63,861 nt of DNA, filler included, from Octopus bimaculoides (GCF_001194135.2; 9 parts of 9 records of this genome joined end to end with filler, not necessarily neighbours in it); one strand, 5' to 3'; counted from the whole stretch's first letter, positions 24,566-35,239 are shown. Program-made: numbers and translations. The notes: a model not told the origin generated them from the letters alone.

Positions 24566-25869
24566 AACTTGTACTCTTTTCTTCTTATTTGCTTTTCTTA
24601 TTTTCTTATATACTTACAAAACATCACATTTGTTTTCGTTAACTAACCCCTACAAGTTTGCTGAATTTAAATTCAAAAATTTGAAATTCTTCAGTGTTAT
24701 AAACAAGAAAAGGAAAACAAATACAAGTCTTAAAATATTAATATTAGTCAAAACATGTAGGTACAAACACGTATGTAAGCATTTTATGTGAATATATGCA
24801 TACAGACAGACACATAACACACACGCACGTACACATACACACACACAGACACACACACACATCATTTATTCAGGTGTGTAATGTTTTTTGTTGGGGGGAT
24901 GTATATGTCTTTTTGTTGGCAGAATTCAAGCCAGTCACTAATAATGTGACAAAATGCCCCTTACGGTTAGACAGCTCACAGAATTTATGTGTATCTGGAC
25001 CGGCTGATGTTTGGAGCTCTTTGTGAATGTGTTTGCATATTACTATTAGTAAAATAATATGACTGCTACACATGAATGGGTTACATAGCAAAACACTAAT
25101 ATTTCAGTTATGTTTTGCCTATTTCAGATATTGCTTTATTGGTATGTATTGACATGGCTTTTATTTAACCGTTTCTCCCATGTGGTATTTTAAAAAACAA
25201 TTATTGAGTTTAGTTAGTTTCAAGAACCCCAATAACAAATTTCACAATGCTTAAGTTACTCGTTGATAAAAGTACACCCATACGAATTAGCGAAAAATCG
25301 TATCAAACACAAGTTAATTTAGCTGTCAATGAAAATATCAAAACATCATTCATTCATCAGTCGATTTCAAACTAACATTTTTATAAAATTATATCCGCAC
25401 GAAAAAGTAATGAATAGTTTTACATTCAAATTAAACAAAAAATAAAAAAAAAGGAAAACACTTCAAATGTACACCTGGACTTGGACTTCGATAATATATT
25501 TGCTGCAATAATATCAGTTGTTTTTAAACAAGAATTAATGAAATGTGTTATTTTAATTCGTCATATGTTATTTAAATTCCACAATCACTTTATTCGAATC
25601 AAATTAAATATAAATTTAATTTTATATTACAGTACTAGAAACTGATAAAATCTCTAAATTAACCGATGAATTTTACATGAAGTTTATAGTGAGCACTTGG
25701 GAGTTTGAAAGGGCGTGCAATTAAGCGAATTATGCAATCATTCGATATTAAATTAAGCTGAATTCGCAACACACACATATACTACGCACACACTCTCACT
25801 GCTACGACTCACTCGACCAACTCATTATCCTCGATCGCTTACGCTGAGCTCTCGTCGATAGTCAGGGCT

Positions 25870-26165
25870 ACCTCTGGTGCCAGGAATCATGGCTGTCCAC
25901 TTCTGCATTATGACAATAATCTAAAGATTTGCTTGGAAACATCTATGATAAATCTGAAGCCATGGAAATTTGTTGCATTGAAAAGATCCCAATGGAGAAG
26001 CTTGTGCTATGAAGCCGTCTCAAAATCTGAAGCAATCATAACCAACACACTAAGCTGAGTCCAGACTACATCCAGATAACGATGATCACCACTGCAACAA
26101 CGGCTGTAACAGGATCTTCAAATCCCAGATAGGTCTGAATTCCCATATGAGATGATATGGCAAAA
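25870..26165 (+). mobile_element. RTE (BovB/AviRTE-like) ORF2 3' end with C2H2 finger
   Basis: GARNHGCPLLHYDNNLKICL...WKFVALKRSQWRSLC...HCNNGCNRIFKSQIGLNSHMR*. Confidence 0.75.
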
Positions 26166-26223
26166 CATTTGAGGATGTTGCGCACAAGTGTCTTCTTGAA
26201 CCCTTATTTGTTGACACAAGCAA

Positions 26224-26276
<53 letters not shown>

Positions 26277-26494
26277 CAGCTAACGACGCTGAGGGACATC
26301 CCGCGGTAACTGGGATGCGTGAGGGGCGTGTCTGCATACGCGGACGCCGTCACCATCATATTGTATACATACGTATATAAATGTGTATAAATAGGTATAC
26401 GTGTGTATAAATATGTATGTATTATATGAATATATATACATACATATGCATGTATACGCATATATATATATATATATATATGTGTGAATATATA

Positions 26495-26535
<41 letters not shown>

Positions 26536-26635
26536 NNNNNNNNNNNNNNNNNNNNNNNNNNNNNNNNNNNNNNNNNNNNTTAATTAATTAANNNNNNNNN
26601 NNNNNNNNNNNNNNNNNNNNNNNNNNNNNNNNNNN

Positions 26636-26910
26636 CCCCACGAGGCTCCGGCAGGGGGTGGTGGTGAACCCTGCTACACTCTTTCACCACAACTTTCTCT
26701 CACTCTTACTTCCTGTTTCTGTTGTACCTGTATTTCAAAGGGTCAGCCTTGTCACACATGTGTCACGCTGAATATCCCCGAGAACTACGTTAAGGGTACA
26801 CATGTCTGTGGAGTGCTCAGCCACTTGCACGTTAATTTCAAGAGCAGGCTGTTCCGTAGATCGGATCAACTGGAACCCTCGACGTCGTAAGCGACAGAGT
26901 GCCAACAAGT
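26636..26910 (+). mobile_element. tRNA-derived SINE, family D (head hidden in gap)
   Basis: Reverse-complement match to 32290-32682. Confidence 0.8.
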
Positions 26911-27348
26911 TTATACAGGAAAATCATTAGGGTGACAGGAGCGGGGAAGGATGGAGGGAAAAAGTTGCATTGGGAGTAAGGAAAAAGATGAGAGTCAGAC
27001 ATTCTGCTTTAACTTCAAAAGATAAGGTTATTTTATTTTATTTTTAATCTGTTTTAATCTGTTTTAATCTCAACAACAAACATATAATATATATATACAT
27101 TAATTTCTCTCTCTACACACACATATATAAGTGTATATGTGTGTGTGTGTATACATTCATACATGTGCATGTATATAGACATTCATACATATGCATACAT
27201 AGTTCTATACATATAGACGTGTGAGACTGTGTGAATGTATGTGTGTGTGGCATGTTCACTTTTCTTAGATTGATGAAATCTGGAAAATATGTTCTTTTCA
27301 AAACAAAAGAGTTTCATATTTGAATTTTCATACACACACGCACTCGCG

Positions 27349-28050
27349 CAAGTTCAGGTTTATACCTGTAATTATTGGAGCCCTGGGATATATAACACAC
27401 TGCCTAAATACCAATTTTGAGAAATTAGGCTTCTCAGAACCAGGAAGGAGAAAGCTAATTTGAAGACTACAGATTCAATCCATCACTGGAACTATAAAAA
27501 TCTGTAAAATTTTCCAAAAGTTTATCATTTCAATATATATAAGCATGTCTAGATATGCAACTATATGCATGAGAATACATACATAAAACAAAACGTACAA
27601 ATCTTCGCATATACAAATATACATACATACAAGATGTTGTAGCTAGGACACTCTACAATAAAATCCGCCAGAAAGATAATCCCAAGGACAATGAAATAGG
27701 AACCCACAGTATGGTAGAAACCATAGCCACTCATAATAAAAAGGAATACTGGTGGAATATCCCAATGGAGACCACAATAAAATGTAACCACGGCAGACCT
27801 GATACAATGATTTGGGACAGAGAAGAGAAACTGTGCACAGTTGTGGAAATTAGCTGCCCAGCAGATGTTAACATAAAGCTGAAGATCAGTGAAAAAGAGA
27901 ACACCTATGCTGAACTATTGAGAAATCTGCAGTTATTCTATCCAGATTACAAGTTCAGGTTTATACCTGTAATTATTGGGACCCTGGGATTTCTCAAGAT
28001 TGGTATTTAAGCAGTGTGTTAATACCAATCTTCAGAAATTAGGCTTCTCA
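27349..28050 (+). mobile_element. Two tandem fragments of an R4/NeSL-like RLE retrotransposon 3' region
   Basis: KFRFIPVIIGALGYITHCLNTNFEKLGF...LQIQSITGTIKICK plus 3' UTR (27349-27650), then EYWWNIPMETTIKCNHGRPDTMIWD...EISCPADVN...KFRFIPVIIGTLG (27650-28050). Confidence 0.8.
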
Positions 28051-28851
28051 AAAATTACATACATACCTTGGTGGCACTGAAATTCCAGTGAAGGAGCCTT
28101 GGATCTAGGTTAGAAACCAGTTCTTTCTCTATTGGCAAGAAATCTTGAAATAAACTGAATAATGACAGACAGACAGCCATCCGTACACACACACACGTAT
28201 AAAGAAATGTTTTCGATGTGAATGGAGACAAGATAGCGAAAGTTTGTCTAGAGTTGTTCCCCTTTATATATCTTTTCGTTCCTTTATTATCCAGGTAGAA
28301 GAATATTTCGTGCCTAAAACCCATAGAAAAGGTATCACGCGTAGATGATGCGATAAATAATGGGACAACGATAACGATACTTTATTTTTTTATCTTTTAT
28401 TATTTATTGATTACTTNNNNNNNNNNNNNNNNNNNNNNNNNNNNNNNNNNNNNNNNNNNNNNNNNNNNNNNNNNNNNNNNNNNNNNNNNNNNNNNNNNNN
28501 NNNNNNNNNNNNNNNNNNNNNNNNNNNNNNNNNNNNNNNNNNNNNNNNNNNNNNNNNNNNNNNNNNNNNNNNNNNNNNNNNNNNNNNNNNNNNNNNNNNN
28601 NNNNNNNNNNNNNNNNNNNNNNNNNNNNNNNNNNNNNNNNNNNNNNNNNNNNNNNNNNNNNNNNNNNNNNNNNNNNNNNNNNNNNNNNNNNNNNNNNNNN
28701 NNNNNNNNNNNNNNNNNNNNNNNNNNNNNNNNNNNNNNNNNNNNNNNNNNNNNNNNNNNNNNNNNNNNNNNNNNNNNNTATCTTTATTGTTTTTCCGTGC
28801 GGTTTCTTGTTCCGACTCGTTTCTGCTTGTTCATACACATTCCGATCAACC

Positions 28852-29718
28852 ATGGATTACACAGATGCACAACGTGTTGAAGGTATATTTTTTAAAGAGA
28901 GAAACCCCGATTCACAACCCGAAGATGTTGAAATGATGTCTGTTGAGGAAAGTAGCGAATCTGTAAATACCAGATATGACATGGATCGTAATAAAGAGAA
29001 TCTGGCTTTAATAATCAACAATGAAACCTTCGACGAATCGACTAAAATGTCTAAACGACAAGGATCCGATAGAGATGCATCAGCAATTAAACAGACATTG
29101 GAGTCGTTGCATTTTAAGGTGATTAACCGCAAGAATTTATCAGTGAAAAGCATGAAACAAATCTTTTTGGATATATCCACGATGGAGCATGCAAAGCATA
29201 ACTGCTTCGTGTGTGTTATATTGACCCACGGCGAAGACGATAACCAGGTGTACGGCACTGATGGAAAAGTAAGTCTAGATGCTCTAGTGGAGACGTTGCT
29301 TCCTGATAGATGCCCAGGTTTAATAGGTAAACCAAAACTATTCTTCATACAAGCCTGTCGGGGAACGAAACTGGACAGTGGTGCAATTATGCACGATGCT
29401 GGGGATGTCAGAGTCAAATATCAAAATGCCACATCTCACAAAGTACCACTTTGGGCAGATGTTCTTCTGGCTTATTCCACTGTCCCTGGATTTTATTCCT
29501 GGAGAAATTCTACAAATGGATCGTGGTTTATTCAGTCGTTAGCCCACATTTTGGAAAAAGACGGAGACCGACTTGAACTGCAACAATTAATGATTTCAGT
29601 AAATCGTAGGGTTGCCTATGAATACGAGTCTAATGCCAGCCATTCATTTATGAATAAAATGAAACAGGTTCCTTGCATAGCAAGCATGTTAACAAAAGAA
29701 TTATACTTTTACAAGTAA
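28852..29718 (+). CDS. casp3/7: Effector caspase-3/7-like cysteine protease, 288 aa, CDS in a single exon
   Basis: Uninterrupted ORF with ATG in ACCATGG context (the track starts at an upstream TTG, 28807) and TAA at 29716-29718. Motifs: ALIINN, KRQGSDRD (Arg69), ILTHG (His126), KPKLFFIQACRG (Cys169), YSWRN, GSWFIQ, KQVPC, MLTKELYF. Short prodomain; no CARD or DED visible. Confidence 0.97.
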   Translation: MDYTDAQRVEGIFFKERNPDSQPEDVEMMSVEESSESVNTRYDMDRNKENLALIINNETFDESTKMSKRQGSDRDASAIKQTLESLHFKVINRKNLSVKSMKQIFLDISTMEHAKHNCFVCVILTHGEDDNQVYGTDGKVSLDALVETLLPDRCPGLIGKPKLFFIQACRGTKLDSGAIMHDAGDVRVKYQNATSHKVPLWADVLLAYSTVPGFYSWRNSTNGSWFIQSLAHILEKDGDRLELQQLMISVNRRVAYEYESNASHSFMNKMKQVPCIASMLTKELYFYK

Positions 29719-29929
29719 AACCTTTCTTCTTCTCTCTCTCTCCCCTTGTACACGCGCACACACATATGTGTATATATATATATATGTCGATGCAAACATC
29801 AAAAATACATCATACCACTCAAAATACGCGTATATGTAAATTTTCATTAATATTTAACAGTTCGTTTGGTAAGTGCCAACGCACGAAACACTCGGGACTT
29901 GAGTCATTCTGTTACTTCTGCTAAATATC

Positions 29930-29941
29930 AATAAAAATAAA
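29930..29941 (+). promoter_or_regulatory. Tandem AATAAA polyadenylation signals of the caspase gene
   Basis: Two adjacent AATAAA hexamers about 210 nt after the stop codon. Confidence 0.55.
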
Positions 29942-31332
29942 CACACACACACACATATATATACATATTTATATTCATCTGTGCAAAATACTTGAAACTT
30001 CGTACTTTTCCGTCTTGATTTCTGCTGAGAACACTTGCTAAATATGTGTTGCTGACATATTTAAAGAATATGCTTGTCAGTGAACAGGTCGTGGTTTCAA
30101 AGCGACAAAAAATATTTTGACAAATTAAATTTAAATGTTAAGTGAATCTAACGGTTTTTTTTTCTTCCTTTTTTAATGGCTTATAAACACCTTCCTTGCT
30201 GCAATTGTTATGAAATATACTGAAAACCTAAAAATAAAATTCATAATTCATACATTTTGTCACGTTATGTAGTAACTATAAATATTATTGTGGCAAGACT
30301 TCCACCCGTCCGAAGGTTTTCTATTATTGTTTTATAGCTGTTTTTAAATCTATTGACCGAAAGCATTCTTATGTGTAGTTGTATTTTGTTTTCCTATGAT
30401 GAAAGCAATAGCGTATTTCTTAGAGGAGCGACCCATCACCCGATCACACTTTTTAAAAAATTAGCACCTGTTATAAAATATAGGCTGGGCATAAAGAATG
30501 TGGACTGCACCCCGATTTCGTTTTTTTTTTTTTTCCTTTTTTTCTCGATACAGAATTCCCCATTTTCGAGTACGNNNNNNNNNNNNNNNNNNNNNNNNNN
30601 NNNNNNNNNNNNNNNNNNNNNNNNNNNNNNNNNNNNNNNNNNNNNNNNNNNNNNNNNNNNNNNNNNNNNNNNNNNNNNNNNNNNNNNNNNNNNNNNNNNN
30701 NNNNNNNNNNNNNNNNNNNNNNNNNNNNNNNNNNNNNNNNNNNNNNNNNNNNNNNNNNNNNNNNNNNNNNNNNNNNNNNNNNNNNNNNNNNNNNNNNNNN
30801 NNNNNNNNNNNNNNNNNNNNNNNNNNNNNNNNNNNNNNNNNNNNNNNNNNNNNNNNNNNNNNNNNNNNNNNNNNNNNNNNNNNNNNNNNNNNNNNNNNNN
30901 NNNNNNNNNNNNNNNNNNNNNNNNNNNNNNNNNNNNNNNNNNNNNNNNNNNNNNNNNNNNNNNNNNNNNNNNNNNNNNNNNNNNNNNNNNNNNNNNNNNN
31001 NNNNNNNNNNNNNNNNNNNNNNNNNNNNNNNNNNNNNNNNNNNNNNNNNNNNNNNNNNNNNNNNNNNNNNNNNNNNNNNNNNNNNNNNNNNNNNNNNNNN
31101 NNNNNNNNNNNNNNNNNNNNNNNNNNNNNNNNNNNNNNNNNNNNNNNNNNNNNNNNNNNNNNNNNNNNNNNNNNNNNNNNNNNNNNNNNNNNNNNNNNNN
31201 NNNNNNNNNNNNNNNNNNNNNNNNNNNNNNNNNNNNNNNNNNNNNNNNNNNNNNNNNNNNNNNNNNNNNNNNNNNNNNNNNNNNNNNNNNNNNNNNNNNN
31301 NNNNNNNATATATATATATATATATATATACT

Positions 31333-31635
31333 CTTTTACTTGTTTCAGTCATTTGACTGCAGCCATGCTGGAGCACCGCCTTTTAGTCGAGCAAATTGAC
31401 CCCAGGACTTATTCTTTGGAAGCCTAGTACTTATTCTGTCGGGCTCTTTTGCCGAACCGCTAAGTTACAGGGACGTAAACACACTACCATCAGTTGTCAA
31501 GCGATGCTGGGGGAACAAACATATACACACACATACATATCACAAGGCTTTGGTCAGCCCGAGGCTATAGTAGAAGACACTTGCCCAAGTGCCACGCAGT
31601 GGGAATGAACTCGGAACCATGTGGTTGGGAAGCGC
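31333..31635 (-). mobile_element. tRNA-derived SINE, family A
   Basis: Tail, body and partial head. Confidence 0.85.
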
Positions 31636-31837
31636 CCATATACATACATATATATATATACACACACCTATATGTATATTAGTGTGTGTATGTATATGTC
31701 ATATGCTAAACCTTCACTACTGCAGGAGAACCAGTGTTGATTTGCTTGCATGCCCATAACTTAGAGTTTCAGCAAAGGAAACTGATAAAATAAGTATCAG
31801 ACACACAAAATAGGGGCACTGGCATTGATTTGTTTGA

Positions 31838-31930
31838 CACCGTGACACCTTCATCAAGTGTCTTCTACTGTAGCCACAGGCCAACCAAAGCCCTTTGAGT
31901 TGATTTGGTAGAGAGAAACTGAAAGAAGCC

Positions 31931-31986
<56 letters not shown>

Positions 31987-32140
31987 GTTTTTGTTTGTGC
32001 TTGCCCCTCAGTACCATTCAATAATCAATGCTGGTGTGTTTATATCCCCACAACTTAGCAGTTCAGCTAAAGAAATCCATAGAATAAGAACAAGGCTTAA
32101 GAAAATGTAAGAACTGGAGTCAGTTCATTTGACTAAAAAT
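31838..32140 (+). mobile_element. tRNA-derived SINE, family A (headless, decayed)
   Basis: Body and internal microsatellite. Confidence 0.75.
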
Positions 32141-32289
32141 TCTTCACCCCTTCCCTTATTCTGTCCTCCTGTATTAGCTTTTTGTTAACCTGTTCCTTTG
32201 GGGGCACCCCCACAATCTTTCTTGCAGCATGTTAGCATTCCATAGGTTGTTATGCAGTTTCAGATTTTCCCCTGGACACATTGGATAAT

Positions 32290-32682
32290 ATGTTGTTGTT
32301 GTTGTTGGCACTCCGTCGCTTACGACATCGAGGGTTCCTGTTGATCCAATCAACAGAACAGCCTGCTCGTGAAATTAACATGCAAGTGGCTGAGCACTCC
32401 ACAGACACGTGTACCCTTAACGTAGTTCTCGGGGGATATTCAGCGTGACACAGTGTGACAAGGCTGGCCCTTTGAATTACAGGCACAACAGAAAGAGGAA
32501 GTAAGAGTGAGAGAAAGTTGTGGTGAAAGAGTACAGCAGGGTTCGCCACCATCCCCTGCCAGAACCTCGTGGAGCTTTAGGTGTTTTCGCTCAATAAACA
32601 CTCACAACACCCGGTCTGGGAATCAAAACCACGATCCTATGACTGTGAGTCCGCTGCCCTAACCACTGGGCCATTGCACCTC
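32290..32682 (-). mobile_element. tRNA-derived SINE, family D (full length, (CAA)n tail)
   Basis: Minus-strand head TGGCCCAGTGGTTAGGGCAGCGGAC...GGTTTTGATTCCC; body shared with 26636-26910. Confidence 0.85.
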
Positions 32683-33061
32683 CACCTTGGATATTATAGT
32701 CTGAGATATATGAAAATATGGACAAAGTCTGTGAAAACCAACATGGAAATGTTGCTTAAAGCTAAACATTAATTTAATCACCATCACCACCATCATCATT
32801 GTTTTTACATTCACTTTCCCATGCTCGCATCGATTGGGCTCAGTTTGTTGAGGTTATTTTTCAATAGTTTGATGCTCTTCCTGTTGCCAACCCTCAACTG
32901 TTTCCAAGTAATATAAATGTCTCCATAACCAGGTTTACTTTCAAAGAAGACTGGAAACAGAGGACTCTGCTTGCATGACAGTGACTTTTGTCTACAACTA
33001 GCACATGATGTCAAGACAAGAGAGAGAGAGTAAGGCGTGCACACACACACACATGCATACA

Positions 33062-33228
33062 TATACGATGGACTTGTTTGAGTTTCCATCTACCAAATCT
33101 CTTCACCAGACTTTTATCAGCCTGGGGTTGTTGTAGAAGATACTTGGCTCAAGAGCCATGCAGTGGGACTGAAACCAAGACCTTGTTGTTGGGAAGCAGA
33201 TTTCTTACTACACAGCCACATCTGCACC
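33062..33228 (-). mobile_element. tRNA-derived SINE, family A (5' half)
   Basis: Decayed family-A head and body. Confidence 0.7.
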
Positions 33229-33551
33229 TTTTATAAGCTGCAAGCCACATAATAGGCTTCTGTTATAATTACAGTTCTGTTCATAGAAAAGTGACACTGT
33301 TGATTACAACAACAAGGCTTCCAGTTGATCCGGCCAACGGAACAGCTTGCTTGACACAGAAAACGGCAAGACTAGCTTTTCTGAATACAAATACTTCTCA
33401 TTTTTGCCAGCTGAGTGGACTGGAACTGTGGGAAGTAAAGTGTCTTGCTCAAGGACACAACTCCCTGCTGGGAATTGAACTCACAGCTTTACAATTTTGA
33501 GCTGAATAATCTTACTGCTATGGCAGTGTTTCTCATAAGGAGTAGCTATGA

Positions 33552-33876
33552 CAGTGGTTCCCAAATTTTGCAAGCTGCCGCCCCCTTAACACCCAGGCCA
33601 CATTCCTAGCACCCCCACAACTACCCATCACAATCATCGACCTCTTTCTGAAACAAATTCAAAGCAACTGTATTTCACAAATAAAACTTAACCTAATGAA
33701 CCCATTATTTTGTTGTTTTTACACGAATCGCTACCCCATTATCACCCCACTTTTTACGTGAATTGCTACCCCATTATCATTCCACTTTTTACATGAATCT
33801 CTGCCCCATTATCACACCCCTGGAACTTTCCACTGCTCTCTCGAGGAGGCAATATCACCCAGTTTGGGAACCACTG
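33552..33876. mobile_element. hAT (Charlie/Buster-type) MITE
   Basis: TIRs CAGTGGTTCCCAAA / TTTGGGAACCACTG; 8-bp TSD AGCTATGA / ACCTATGA (7/8, central TA); three internal 35-bp repeats. Confidence 0.9.
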
Positions 33877-34393
33877 ACCTATGAGAATCGGAATGGTAAA
33901 TAAAGAATTATAGGGATGCAGACTCTATTTTGGCTTCTATACTATTTGTGATCTAAATAAAAAAAAACAAAAAACCAATTATATCCAACATAATTATAAT
34001 CAACATCTTCAAAAACATGTCACTGCAACATTTCATATGGAAATCATTCTCACGTGGTTGAGCTTGCTCAGACATAATGACATTTAATTACCGATTTCTT
34101 GTCTTATAGTTACAGGTCCAACAAACAGTAGCAGTACCAGTCTATTAATTGATGGGTTTCACAGACCAAGATCCATAGAAGTATAATCCATTCTGCAAAG
34201 AGAGAAGAAATCCAAACACAAAGTAGTTTAATTTATGTTTCACCTTTCATTCCTTGATACTAACCTGCTTTCTAATGATAGCAGAATTTCCACACTTTTT
34301 AGGGCTTCGGGATTTTGCTGTGACCCTGACAGGGTTGTTAACACTCACTGTACCTTACCAAAGGGCAATCCGTGATTTTCTCCAAGACTCCTT

Positions 34394-34836
34394 CTGGTGT
34401 TTCACAGCTAACCTGTCTATCTACATGGCGTTCCCCTATCCATAAACTGGAGACCCAATGGATGAGAGTTTTTGTCATCACACCATGGAATTAGGGAATA
34501 TGGCATAGTAATTAAGAGCGCAGGCTACTAACCCCAAGATTCCGAGTTCGATTCCAGGCAGTGACCTGGAGTTTCACAGCTAACCTGTCTATCTACATGG
34601 CGTTCCCCTATCCATAGACTGGAGACCCAATGGATGAGAGTTTTTGTCATCACACCATGGAATTAGGGCATATGGCATAGTGGTTAAGAGCGCGGGCTAC
34701 TAACCCCAAGATTCCAAGTTTGATTCCAGGCAGTGACNNNNNNNNNNACACCATGGAATTAGGGCATATGGCATAGTGGTTAAGAGCGCGGGCTACTAAC
34801 CCCAAGATTCCAAGTTTGATTCCAGGCAGTGACCTG
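34394..34836 (+). repeat. 172-bp tandem duplication containing a tRNA-like SINE head (2 units plus a partial third after a 10-N gap)
   Basis: Units start at 34394 and 34566 and differ at about 8 positions; 34748-34836 repeats the end of unit 2 exactly. Confidence 0.9.
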
Positions 34837-35012
34837 AATAATAATAATAATAATAACAACAACATCAAAAATTACCTTAAGAATGAGAACCAAGGTTCGA
34901 AATTTCCCCAAGACACCTGATGAAGGCTGGAGGGTATATCAGCTGAAACGTGTTAACAATAAACAAGATGAGGACAAATATCTGTCAAATGTAAATAATG
35001 TACGTAATTCTT
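34760..35012 (+). mobile_element. Composite retroposon: tRNA(Ser)-like head, (TAA)n(CAA)n, Penelope-type tail with hammerhead-like core
   Basis: A-box TGGCATAGTGG, GGGCTACTAACCCC anticodon-like arm, B-box GTTTGATTCC; downstream CTGATGA-a-GGCTG...CAGCT-GAAAC at 34917-34949. Confidence 0.65.
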
Positions 35013-35027
35013 CATCTTTTAAATATA

Positions 35028-35239
35028 CAGGGTGTCCACAAAGTCTGGGTACATGGAGATTAACACATACTCTAAGAAATTATCATTTCTTATGTTTAAT
35101 TGTTTATGTTATGATTTTACTTACTCCATGTACCCACATGGAGATTAACAGATACTGTAAGAAATTATTATTTCTTATATTTAATTGTTTATGTTATGAT
35201 TTTATTTACTCCATATACCCAGACCTTGTGGACACCCTG
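35028..35239. mobile_element. Tc1/mariner-type MITE with an internal 85-bp duplication
   Basis: TIR CAGGGTGTCCACAA(A/G)GTCTGGGTA(C/T)ATGGAG, TA on both flanks; repeat units start at 35052 and 35137. Confidence 0.9.

Noticed and set aside
28857-29417. 186-aa antisense ORF overlapping the caspase
   Set aside because: Shadow of the coding strand; Ser-rich with no recognisable motif.
34748-34836. Third copy of the 172-bp tandem unit
   Set aside because: Identical to the end of unit 2 and separated by a 10-N gap; likely an unmerged contig overlap.
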